Below, piece after piece: positions 1-9,500 of a stretch of 64,000 nucleotides of DNA. The notes beneath the pieces were generated by a model. That model worked only from the letters and a program-made list of their open reading frames with translations, was not told the DNA's origin and searched no databases. The stretch's first letter is position 1. Each line of letters opens with the position of its first letter. The stretch lies in the NCBI GenBank assembly GCA_963720265.1, contig CAVRET010000001.1:5916-69915 (forward strand), written 5' to 3'. The translations under genes were made by a program, and so were the position numbers. This DNA is from an uncultured bacterium. Lineage in GTDB: Bacteria > Patescibacteriota > Saccharimonadia > UBA4664.

Positions 1-112
1 GGAACATACCGGCATGCTGGTGGTGGTGTCGGTTACCAGCACAAACGGTACGGATGACCTGGGATCGTTTGTGAATGTGATCAGCGGCTCGCTGAAGTGG
101 GTGGCGTCGTGA
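1..112 (+). CDS. 3' end of an upstream gene, truncated by the window edge; function unknown
   Basis: Frame-2 open reading continues from the window edge to a TGA at 110-112 (…SVTSTNGTDDLGSFVNVISGSLKWVAS*). No start is visible. Confidence 0.25.
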   Translation, partial: EHTGMLVVVSVTSTNGTDDLGSFVNVISGSLKWVAS

Positions 113-126
113 ACTGGCACGGAATC

Positions 127-1164
127 ATGGTGTGGTTGGGTGCATTATTGCTTTTGGCGAGTTTGCCAGCGAGTACTGATTACAAGCTCAATTCATATGG
201 CTTTGGCAATGGGGGAACGGCGAATTCGTCATCGACCAACTACCGTGTGAACGGGATAGCGGGTGAGCAGGCCGGATCGGGCGCGAGCACGAACTATAAG
301 GTCGGGGCGGGCGAAAATTATCTGAAGCAGGCAAATGTGCCGATCGTGACGTTATCAAATCCCAGCAGCTGGTATGACAAGCTTTCGCTCGTGATCGACC
401 CGCAGAATAATCCGTCGGATGCTGAGTTTGTGGTGGAGATCTCGACTGACAATTTTGTAACCACGGAGTATGTGCAGAACGATTTTACGGTGGGCTCGAC
501 CTTGAGCTCGGCCGACTACATGACGTATGCCGCTTGGGGCGGGGCGAGCGGTGTGACCTTGCGGGGGCTTTTACCTTCAACCGTGTACTCGGTAAAGGCG
601 GCGGCTATTCACGGCGCGTTCACTGAGTCGCAATTTGGGCCCGTGTCGACGGCTTCCACGGTGTCGCCCGAGTTGTCATTTAGCATTAGCGTGGCTACGA
701 CCTACACGCCGACCTCGCCGCCATATGAGGTGGATTTTGGCGACCTGCTGGCCGGAACTGTGGAGACGGCGCCGAAGAATGTTTGGTTTACGCTCGATAC
801 CAATGCTGATAACGGTGCCATGATTTTTGGCGACGGCCAAAACGGGGGACTCACCAGCGCCTCGACCAGCCACACTATTGCTTCATCGTCGGCTGATTTA
901 TCAACCCTCACCGAAGGCTTTGGGGAGCAGGATGTGAGTGCAACTCAGACCTCGGGCGGGCCGCTTGCCACGGTGGCGCCATACAACGTCACTGGCACAA
1001 ATGTAGGCCAGGATTACACCTCGCTCGATGAGTGGTTTGTGACCGGGGCCCCGATTATCGGCGGCCTGGCTGAGTTGAGCTTGCTGGCTAAGAGCAGTAC
1101 ACTCACGCCTTCGGCCTCGGATTATTCTGAGACACTAACGGCCGTGGCGGCCGGCAGCTTCTAG
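127..1164 (+). CDS. Secreted Thr/Ser/Gly-rich surface protein, first WxL-like paralog of locus A
   Basis: ORF 97..1164; the likely start is the ATG at 127, giving signal peptide MVWLGALLLLASLPA. Low-complexity T/S/G/N-rich body. The C-terminus AVAAGSF ends in an aromatic residue like the other paralogs. Shares an SSSTNY/SSSTDY motif with the 25255..26091 protein. Confidence 0.55.
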   Translation: MVWLGALLLLASLPASTDYKLNSYGFGNGGTANSSSTNYRVNGIAGEQAGSGASTNYKVGAGENYLKQANVPIVTLSNPSSWYDKLSLVIDPQNNPSDAEFVVEISTDNFVTTEYVQNDFTVGSTLSSADYMTYAAWGGASGVTLRGLLPSTVYSVKAAAIHGAFTESQFGPVSTASTVSPELSFSISVATTYTPTSPPYEVDFGDLLAGTVETAPKNVWFTLDTNADNGAMIFGDGQNGGLTSASTSHTIASSSADLSTLTEGFGEQDVSATQTSGGPLATVAPYNVTGTNVGQDYTSLDEWFVTGAPIIGGLAELSLLAKSSTLTPSASDYSETLTAVAAGSF

Positions 1165-1234
1165 ATGGCCTGTGGAAAAGTTTTCGGAATGGGCCTTACT
1201 GGCGGGTGTTGTGGCCATGACTGTTGTAAAAGTG

Positions 1235-1263
1235 TTGACACCTTCCGGCCTTGCCAATAAACT
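1235..1263 (+). promoter_or_regulatory. Sigma70-like promoter candidate (TTGACA-N17-TAAACT) upstream of the 1345 gene
   Basis: A TTGACA hexamer, a 17-nt spacer and TAAACT were read directly. They lie about 80 nt upstream of the ATG at 1345, which has a purine-rich RBS (AAAGAG). Confidence 0.4.
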
Positions 1264-1344
1264 GGAGCGTAAGAAGTAAAGATTTAAAACGAAACTTCCT
1301 GTACTGAGCCTCACGGCAAGTAAACACAACAACCAAAGAGTCAA

Positions 1345-2634
1345 ATGCAAAAACGTTCACAAAAGCTAGTAATAGGAATCTCGGTAGCAGCGCTGATCTT
1401 GGCGGTGTTTCCTCAGTTTGCCGGCAAAGCGAATGCTTCGAGCCTGCCGCAGTTTGGGACTGTGGTGGTGCGGCTGGATAATGACACCTCGGCAGCCTAC
1501 TCGGGCGGTTCCGTGTGTATCGCCACCCCTGCGGTAACCTCAGGCGTTACCGGCTTTGGCACCGAGAATTACGTAGATATCGGCTTCCCAGATACGGATG
1601 GTGTGACTTCAGGTCAAGACTTTCAAGTGCAGGACACGACGCTGACGAACTGGATTACGAGTACAACTCCGCCGGCTAGTCCTGGTACCGGTAGTGCGTA
1701 CTGGCCGACAATCAATATCGGTGGTACCGGTGTGGCACCGGCGGGCTGGCCTAGCATTGGTACGAACGCGGTGGCCGCTACCAATGGCTCGTACACGCTT
1801 GGTGACCCACAAACCCTCAAGGTCGTGCGGTTTGCCACGGGCAACCTCACGGCCGATAAAACCTATTGCTTCGATTTCCGCTCCGGCACAAACTGGCCGG
1901 GTTCCGCTGAAACCTCATCAACCTATGCACTTCAGGTGTCACATGTAGGCACGAACGGCTATATCGAGGATGTGCCGGGATACGTTGAGACCTACCACTG
2001 TTCCTCCGGTTGCTCAGCAGTGGGGGCAGGCCAGGGTATCGAATCGAGCAACTGGGGCACGCAGGTCAGTGCTAACAATCAGATCGTGGTATCGGCGGTC
2101 GTGCCTCCAATCTTTGAAATGGACTTTGCCTCCAACATTGACTCATTTCCAACTAACTTGAACCCGAACAGTGTTACGACAACTACGGGCAATACCGTCG
2201 TCGTGAAGACGAACGCGAAAGGAGGTTGGTTCGTATGGACCAAGAGCGCAAACCAGGCACTAACATCCGTGTCCTCCGGAGGTTCGATACCAAGTGTAGG
2301 GTGGGGCTCGACGCCCGACACCCCCACGGCGCTCGTGGCCGGAACGCCCGGATACAACCTGACAGTAGGAGTAACCGCGAATGTGAACGGCGCAGGCACG
2401 ACGAAATGCACCCCAGCAGTCACGGCAGAGTACGCCGGTGTGCTCACAAGCTTCCAGGGTGGTGAACTGACCCCCAACTGGGAAATGGCAGCCACCTGCT
2501 CTACCGTCACGCCTCCCGGCACAGACGGCGGCACGGACGTAACCTTTAATGAAAACGCCGCCATCTCGTTCAGCACCCCAGCCGCATCTGATTACACTGA
2601 CACCATTTACGTGACAGGAGCCGGCCAATTCTGA
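1345..2634 (+). CDS. Secreted WxL-like surface protein (C-terminal …TDTIYVTGAGQF)
   Basis: N-terminal signal peptide (MQKRSQKLVIGISVAALILAVFPQFAGKANA). Conserved blocks AVVPPIFE, KTNAKGGWFVW, NQALTSVSSGGSIPSVGWGS and a terminal YVTGAGQF. Clear paralog of 2766..3860. Confidence 0.7.
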   Translation: MQKRSQKLVIGISVAALILAVFPQFAGKANASSLPQFGTVVVRLDNDTSAAYSGGSVCIATPAVTSGVTGFGTENYVDIGFPDTDGVTSGQDFQVQDTTLTNWITSTTPPASPGTGSAYWPTINIGGTGVAPAGWPSIGTNAVAATNGSYTLGDPQTLKVVRFATGNLTADKTYCFDFRSGTNWPGSAETSSTYALQVSHVGTNGYIEDVPGYVETYHCSSGCSAVGAGQGIESSNWGTQVSANNQIVVSAVVPPIFEMDFASNIDSFPTNLNPNSVTTTTGNTVVVKTNAKGGWFVWTKSANQALTSVSSGGSIPSVGWGSTPDTPTALVAGTPGYNLTVGVTANVNGAGTTKCTPAVTAEYAGVLTSFQGGELTPNWEMAATCSTVTPPGTDGGTDVTFNENAAISFSTPAASDYTDTIYVTGAGQF

Positions 2635-2691
2635 TCGCAATGCTCTAGATTTACTCCGGTTCACGCTCGATATTAAGCTCACATAATTCTT

Positions 2692-2718
2692 GAGGCATGC
2701 AATGCTCTTGCATGCCTC
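2692..2718 (+). terminator. Perfect 11-bp-stem hairpin between the two tandem paralogs (attenuator/terminator-like)
   Basis: GAGGCATGCAA-tgctc-TTGCATGCCTC followed by a weak T-containing tract (ttatgctttcgg). Intergenic position between 1345..2634 and 2766..3860. Confidence 0.35.
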
Positions 2719-2765
2719 TTATGCTTTCGGTAAACTGGATTCAATAGTTGTGACACGGAGAGTCA

Positions 2766-3860
2766 ATGAGGCCCACGCGCCTGTCTGGTGTACGAATTGG
2801 TCTGGTAGTTGCCTTACTTCTGGCTACCTTTGATGCCTTTATGCCGCTTGGTGCGATGGCGTCGACGGGGGAGCTCAAAACGACCATGATCCGGCTTGAC
2901 AATATGTCAGCGAGCACGGCCACGAAGGGGACCGTGTGCGTAGAAGGAGAAACCTCGACCGCGACTGACTATCTTCAGGTGACATTCCCGACTGGATTCG
3001 TTTTGGGTACAACTGCCAACTGGGCAACAACAACGACGCCACCGTCCGGGCCGGGCACCGGTAGTCTCTATTGGCCAAGTAGTGCGAGCGGCTTCCCGAC
3101 TTCTCTCACGGCCACCAATGTGACTGGACAAACCGTCACGTTCCAATATGGGACTGCTACCAACATCGCTCTTACTGCCACTGTATATTGCTTTGATTGG
3201 ACAAATTCAGCAGCTCTTACCACATCGACTGCAGGGACCGATTTGCAAGGATCAGTAACCCTTGAGAACGCAACGCCCGCAGCGGTTGATGTTGGCGACT
3301 ATGCGCTCACGGTACTTACGAGCAACTCGATCACCGTGACTGCAGTGGTGCCTCCAATCTTTGAGTTTACGATGCCTGGTACTACGGATCAATTTACTAC
3401 AAACTTGAGTCCATCGGCTATCACGACCACGACTGGAGTGACGCCAACGATTAAGACTAACGCCAAAGGCGGGTGGATAATGTGGGCACATGATTCGAAC
3501 CAGGCACTAACTTCTGCGTCGTCAGGCGGATCAATACCAAGTGTGGGCTGGGGTTCGCCGGCCAATACTCCAACGACGCTCGTAGCAGGTACGGCTGGAT
3601 ATGCATTGAACGTTGTAAAATCGGTGGCCGGCGGTACGTTCTGTACTGAGACGGTCGATCCGGAATATGATACCGTAGGACATGGATCTGGTAATGGTGG
3701 TGAATTTTGGTCAAACTGGCAGCAGATTGGGCAGTGTGCGGGTGGACCGTCGAATGGTGACGGCTTGGAATTGCAAGAAGAGGCGACGATCGCGGTGACG
3801 ACTCCGGCCTCAACTGATTACACTGACACGATATATGTGACGGGCGCAGGTCTGTTCTGA
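2766..3860 (+). CDS. Secreted WxL-like surface protein (C-terminal …TDTIYVTGAGLF)
   Basis: Signal peptide. Shares AVVPPIFEF, KTNAKGGWIMW, NQALTSASSGGSIPSVGWGS and TDYTDTIYVTGAG with 1345..2634. Confidence 0.7.
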   Translation: MRPTRLSGVRIGLVVALLLATFDAFMPLGAMASTGELKTTMIRLDNMSASTATKGTVCVEGETSTATDYLQVTFPTGFVLGTTANWATTTTPPSGPGTGSLYWPSSASGFPTSLTATNVTGQTVTFQYGTATNIALTATVYCFDWTNSAALTTSTAGTDLQGSVTLENATPAAVDVGDYALTVLTSNSITVTAVVPPIFEFTMPGTTDQFTTNLSPSAITTTTGVTPTIKTNAKGGWIMWAHDSNQALTSASSGGSIPSVGWGSPANTPTTLVAGTAGYALNVVKSVAGGTFCTETVDPEYDTVGHGSGNGGEFWSNWQQIGQCAGGPSNGDGLELQEEATIAVTTPASTDYTDTIYVTGAGLF

Positions 3861-5068
3861 TGCGCGGAGCCGGGGGAGCACGTGGGCGTTTTGCGAAAAC
3901 GCAGCTGGCGCTAGCGTTTGTGTTTCTTGGATTTGCGAATTCGCCGACGGTGGCACAGGCGGCCAGTGCGCCGGCTCCGACGCCCAGCCCGGTGACTCGG
4001 CCTACGACGCCGCTTGATCTCACGACATCGCCGCTCCCAATTACGCTATCGGCCTCGCCGGGTGAGACGGTGTCGACGAGTATTAAAGTGAAGCAATCCG
4101 GTGGTGATACCGAGGCGCTGCAGGTTAATTTGCTCAAATTTTCGGCCTATGGCGAAGCAGGCGAGCCGGCACTGAGTTCGTTTGGGCCGGGTGATGATTA
4201 CAAGAATTGGGTAACCTTTGACAAGCCGACGTTTGAGGCGCCGAACGACGTGTGGCAAACCGTCAAAATGACGATTGCGTTGCCCAAAACAGCGGCTTTT
4301 GAGTATAACTACGCAGTGCAGTTCTCGCGGGTGGGGGACAACTTGTCGCCTGGCGGCAAGGACGTGGAGGGCGTGGCAGGCTCTACGGCGGTGCTAGTGC
4401 TTTTGAACGTGAACGCGCCGGGCGAGAATCGGTCGGTACAGCTTGATTCATTTGGCGTAGTGCGTAAGATCGTGCAATTTTTGCCGACCACGTTTGAAGC
4501 TAGATTTTACAACAACGGCAATGTGTACGTGCAGCCGACCGGCGATATTTTCATTACCCAGGGCAAGCACCAGGTCGGAATGGTGCTGCTTAACGATGAA
4601 CAGGGGAATCTGCTGGCCGGGACGCACCGCATTTATCAGATTAATTGGGCCGATGGGTTTCCGTATTATGAGCCGACCAGCCAACAGGGCAAGCCGGTGG
4701 TGGATCGGCATGGCAATGTCGTGCAGTCACTGAATTGGAACTTGCCAAATAGCACAACGGCTGCGCTAACAAGCGGCGTGGCTTCAACCACGAACCCGGA
4801 TATGGCTCAAGAAAGTACAAATCCGCTGTCGCGGTTTCGGTTTGGTGAGTATACGGCTAGGCTAGTCGCCGTGTATCAGGATAACTATGGCCGTGACGTG
4901 CCGATTACGGCGCAGATCAATTTCTGGGTCATTCCGTGGTGGCTGCTGCTAGCCCTGCTGGCAGTGCTGCTGGTGTTTGGATTTGCGATTTACTCGCTGG
5001 TTGCTAGTGTTATGCGCCGCCGGCGGCGGCTCGAGCGGATCAAACGGAGGCGCAGAAATAATAGCTAA
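3860..5068 (+). CDS. Surface protein with a C-terminal membrane anchor (DUF916/DUF3324-like architecture; Csc/Duf-type partner of the WxL-like proteins)
   Basis: Signal peptide (LALAFVFLGFANSPTVAQA) and a Pro/Thr linker. The C-terminus reads INFWVIPWW + TM helix LLLALLAVLLVFGFAIYSLV + basic tail RRRRRLERIKRRRRNNS. Same end architecture as 4977..6026 and 32140..33195. Confidence 0.65.
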   Translation: MRGAGGARGRFAKTQLALAFVFLGFANSPTVAQAASAPAPTPSPVTRPTTPLDLTTSPLPITLSASPGETVSTSIKVKQSGGDTEALQVNLLKFSAYGEAGEPALSSFGPGDDYKNWVTFDKPTFEAPNDVWQTVKMTIALPKTAAFEYNYAVQFSRVGDNLSPGGKDVEGVAGSTAVLVLLNVNAPGENRSVQLDSFGVVRKIVQFLPTTFEARFYNNGNVYVQPTGDIFITQGKHQVGMVLLNDEQGNLLAGTHRIYQINWADGFPYYEPTSQQGKPVVDRHGNVVQSLNWNLPNSTTAALTSGVASTTNPDMAQESTNPLSRFRFGEYTARLVAVYQDNYGRDVPITAQINFWVIPWWLLLALLAVLLVFGFAIYSLVASVMRRRRRLERIKRRRRNNS

Positions 5069-6026
5069 GGTCGGCAAAGCCGTACGGGCGGCGATCCTTG
5101 GGATTGCTGCCTCGCTGGTTTTGCTGGTCGGCTCGTGGCCCGCTGAGGTCAAGGCAGCACAGAGCACCGCTGGGTTTGCCATCTCGCCGATTTACCAAAA
5201 CGTTACGTTGGATCCCAATGCTCCGCAGTCGCACTATGTTGCAACTTTGTCTAATTCAACGACTTTTAGCCAGGCGTTTAAGCTCAGCACTGTTGACTTT
5301 GGAAGTTTAAATGAATCCGGCGGGGTGGCGTTTCTTGGTACTTCGTCTAGTGCGTTTGCACGACGGTTTGGACTGTCGGCTTGGATGCAATTAGATCAGA
5401 ACGCCGTCGTGGTGCCGGCTGGGGCGAGCGTGGATATCGGCGTTACCATTGTGAATTCTTCCAACCTGCAGCCGGGCGGTCATTACGGGGCGGTACTAGC
5501 CACGGCGCAAACTGCTCCCAACGGTTCGCCGCAGACGTCACGGGTGGGTGTGCTTGAGGTATTGTCTTCCCTGATTCTGCTGGTGAAGGGCGGTGGGCCG
5601 CCGCCGGATCTCGAACTCGCGGCGCAATCGGTTAACCGGATCGGCTCAAGATTTCCGACAGCTGTGACGGACCGCTTTCACAACATCGGCGACGTGCACG
5701 TGGTGCCGCGGGGCGTTGCGACGGTGCGCGACCCACTGGGAAAGGTGGTAGCGCGGGCCGCATTGAACGAAAACTCGGGCATTATCTTGCCGCAGACTTA
5801 CCGGCTGTACAGTGCGCCGTTTACACCAATGGCCCGGGCCGAGATTCCGGGCCGGTATCAGGTGATGACGAGCTACCGTTTCGACGGCACTGAGGCTACG
5901 AAAACGTTTACTAGTTGGTTTTGGTATGTGCCGCCGGTTTGGTTTTGGGTCGGCGTTGCGCTAGTACTGGCAGCGTTGAGCCTCATTGTGTGGTGGTACG
6001 TCCGGCGCCGGCGCGTTAGAGGTTAA
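4977..6026 (+). CDS. Second C-terminally anchored surface protein (DUF916/DUF3324-like); the 5' end overlaps the previous gene, so the real start is probably an internal GTG/TTG
   Basis: Signal peptide AILGIAASLVLLVGSWPAEVKA. PGGHYGAVL motif shared with 32140..33195 (PGGHYGVVRF). C-terminus FWYVPPVWFW + TM VGVALVLAALSLIVWWY + VRRRRVRG. Confidence 0.6.
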   Translation: MDLRFTRWLLVLCAAGGGSSGSNGGAEIIAKVGKAVRAAILGIAASLVLLVGSWPAEVKAAQSTAGFAISPIYQNVTLDPNAPQSHYVATLSNSTTFSQAFKLSTVDFGSLNESGGVAFLGTSSSAFARRFGLSAWMQLDQNAVVVPAGASVDIGVTIVNSSNLQPGGHYGAVLATAQTAPNGSPQTSRVGVLEVLSSLILLVKGGGPPPDLELAAQSVNRIGSRFPTAVTDRFHNIGDVHVVPRGVATVRDPLGKVVARAALNENSGIILPQTYRLYSAPFTPMARAEIPGRYQVMTSYRFDGTEATKTFTSWFWYVPPVWFWVGVALVLAALSLIVWWYVRRRRVRG

Positions 6027-6477
6027 CCGTGGCCTGAATTGTCTTGCCAAGCTCGGCTTCTGGCGCCGTAATGAGAAGGTTGCCACCGGGTTGGCTGCTG
6101 ATGTAGAAACCGCTACCCCACAGGCCGTGGCCGCCGAAGGGATCCTGTGGTATGCCGGTGATGTAATCGCCGGCCGTGGTGAGGAAGCTGAGGTCAACCA
6201 GGTTCTTGGATGTACAGTCGGCGCCGGAGCTCGTGCAGATTTGGGCAGGCTGTAAGCTGATAGTCGTGGGGAAGGCGCCGTGATCTTTGTGGTACTGCTC
6301 GAGGGCACTTGCTATCTGATTGATGTAGGCGGTGCGTTCGCTGTTGCGATAGCTGGGCGTGTCGGCCGGTTGGCGCGACTGCATCCAGGGGTCGGTGTTT
6401 GTTGCTAGCATTACAACTCCGAGGACTGCGCCGATCGCGACATAGGACAAAAATGTACGCAGACGCATGATCTCCAC
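6016..6477 (-). CDS. Small exported pilin/pseudopilin-like protein with a non-canonical (Sec-type) leader
   Basis: N-terminal hydrophobic segment MRLRTFLSYVAIGAVLGVVMLA. The downstream stretch ERTAYINQIASALEQYHKDHGAFPTT matches the alpha1-C helix and loop signature of GspG/type IV pilins (A.xDI..I..ALE.Y..DNG.YPTT). It lacks the G-F-T-L-I-E prepilin cleavage motif. Confidence 0.45.
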   Translation of the reverse strand: MEIMRLRTFLSYVAIGAVLGVVMLATNTDPWMQSRQPADTPSYRNSERTAYINQIASALEQYHKDHGAFPTTISLQPAQICTSSGADCTSKNLVDLSFLTTAGDYITGIPQDPFGGHGLWGSGFYISSQPGGNLLITAPEAELGKTIQATVNL

Positions 6478-6592
6478 GCATCGATTCTAGCATAGGAGGT
6501 TTCGGGGCTTGGGCTAGGGGCGCAACTTACCCTCAAAACTCTTGCGCTTATACCTGAAAACGGCTATGCTTTAAGGGTAACTGTGTGAAGGT

Positions 6593-9500
6593 GTGCGGCT
6601 ACCCAATCGCTTCGGATTGAATCGAAGATTTCGGGTAAGGGCTGGTAAGAACCGGCGCATAGTGGCCAAGGCCCTGACGGCGATTGGTCTTTTTGGCGTT
6701 GCTATTCTAGCGGCTGCGAGCCCGTGGCTGGCACCAGGCGCTGCGGCCGGGACGGGGATCAACCAAACCATCAACTTCCAGGGCAAGCTCGTGAACACCG
6801 ACGGCACCAATATCCCGGACGGCACCTACAACATGGAATTTAAGCTCTACACCGGTGGTAACGGCTGTGTGGGCGGCGGCAGCTCGCCGTGCTCGGGGTC
6901 AAACGTTTGGACCGAGGATTGGCTGAACAACAACTCGCAGGGCGTAAGCGTGTCGGCGGGTATCTTCCAGGTCAATCTGGGTTCGATTACGAGCCTGCCC
7001 ACTTCGGTGTTCAACAACGATACCGTGTGGATGTCGATTAACCTTGGCAACACCAACCTGACCTGCACGCCATTTGGCTCCTGTAGCGGCGACGGCGAGA
7101 TGCTGCCGTTTATCCGGTTTACGGCTTCACCGTACTCGTTTAACTCGCTTGAGCTGGGTGGGATTGGGGCGAATGGATTTGCGCAGCTAAGCCCGGCGAG
7201 CGCACAGAGCGGCAGCTTGAACGTAACCGGCAGCGTGCAGGCGGCTACCAGCTTGCAGGCGCCACTGGTTGACACGGCTACGGCCACGGCGCTCGACATT
7301 GGGACCGGCATGGCTAGCAGCGTGACTATTGGGCAGACCACTACGCCGTTTTTGATACAAGGCAATTCAACGAGTACGTTCACGGCTACCAATAGCACTA
7401 ATACAACCACGGTGGGTTTTGCGACGCCGACCGCTAATCAGACGCTGACGTTTGCGGCTGAGAGCGGAGCGCAGACCATCTGTACGACAGCGGCAGCGAC
7501 CTGCAATACGACCTACGAGCCATACAGTTCGACAGGCTATTTGGCCAAGAACGCAACTGATACCTCGACTGTAACAGGGACGGCAGTTACGGCTGGCAAT
7601 TACTTGTACGGTTTCACGAATAACTCAACCGCGACCACCGGCGGCGTGCTCAACCTTTCCAACGGTGCCAATACCGGCAACGCTTTGTACGTGACGGCCA
7701 GCGGCAACCCGGCTGCGAGCACAAATGCACTCGTGGTGGTGAATAACACGGCCGGCAGCCCAAGTGGAAACCTGATTGATTTGCAAAAAGCTGGGGCGAA
7801 TGAGTTGAGCGTGGATTACAACGGTAATGTGACACAAAACGGCGGCACGAGCACAACTGATACCGTTAACGGCCAAACAATTTCAGCGGCCGCCAACTTT
7901 ACCGGCACGGTGACAGCTACCGGTACGATTATTGGAGGCGGGACGTTTAAATCGGCGGATCAGACGGCTGGCAATACGGCGGCGGTTACCTTGACTTCAG
8001 GCAATGCCAGTGTGGGCTCGAGCCTGAATTCCGGATCAGTGACGATCGACTCAGGCACGCCGACCAGCGGCGGCACGGCCGGATCTATATCGGTGGCACC
8101 GACGAACTCAGGGAGCGTCACTATTGGACGCAATGGATCGGGTGCCCCGACTATTGCGATAGAGGGCGGCTCGAGTAGCTCTTTCCAGATTAATAACGGG
8201 ACCGATTACTCACTGGTGCAATTTACGGCACCGACAGCCCAGGTTACGTATACGCTGGGCACTAACGCAAGTAACACCACGGCTACCATTTGTACTTCTC
8301 TTGCAGCCAGTTGTAGTAGTACCTACGAGGCGGCTGGTAGTTACTTGCTGCAGAACCCGGCGGCCAACGACGCCTCGACTAGCAACTTCGCCGGCTACCA
8401 GTATTCGTTTACGCAAAGCAACACCGGGGCGGCCGGCAACTTATCGCTTACCAATGCCGGCACCGGCGACGCCCTGTCGGTGAGCGCCAGCACGAACCCG
8501 GGCGCCACCACGAGCGCGCTGATTGTTGCGAACAACACTAACGGCACGCCGAGCGGGAATTTGCTGGATTTGCAAAAGGCCGGCGCGAACGAGTTGAGCG
8601 TGGACACCAGCGGCGACATCGCTACACTTGGCGGATACACGCAAACCGGTTCGACTGCCAACACGCTGACCGGTGCGACTACGATTAGCGCCGGAAGTTC
8701 GAGCGTGAATGGGTTGACAGTAAATAACAACTCCAATTTTGGCACCAACTCCGGTACCACACTTACGGTTGGTATTAATAGCACACCCAATGCCAAGCTG
8801 AATGTGAATACTGGCAGCGCGGTGGCGTTCCGGGCGTATGAGGCCAGCACATATGACATCGGCCAGTTTGCTGAGACCGGCGCCGGTGTTGGCAATGTGA
8901 ACACGAACGCCACAACAACGGTGTCGGGCGGCAGTGTGAGCCCCTTGTTCACGCAATATTTCAGGGTGGGCGATGCTATTTTGGTAAACGGCCAGCTCAG
9001 GACGGTGTCGAGCATTGCCAGCGATACCAGCATGGTGGTGAGCACGTCGATTACATCCGGCACCAACCAAAGCTACTACAACGGCGTGGTGGGACCGGGG
9101 ACGGTGACGACCAACGGCACAACCGCGATTGTGGGGTCGAGCACGACCTTTACCACGACCTTCCAGGCGGGTGACACGATTTTGATCAACGGTGAGACGA
9201 ACCCAGGCACTGTCGCCAGCATTACCGATAATACGCATCTGACGTTGGTTAATACGGCGGCTACAAGTGCGAGCGGATTGGCATATGCGCGCAGCGAGTA
9301 CGACCGGCTCGACATTAAGGCCAACGGCAACGTGGGGATCGGGACTAACAGTTCGACCGCAGCGCTTATGATTCAGCCGGACGGGGTAGGGCAGGCCGGC
9401 TTTGCGATCCAGGGCGCGGACGGGCAAACGGCACTCTTGCAGCAAAACCAGGATTACACCGGTGCGGTCTTAAGTTCGTTTGGCACCAACGGCCAGCTGA

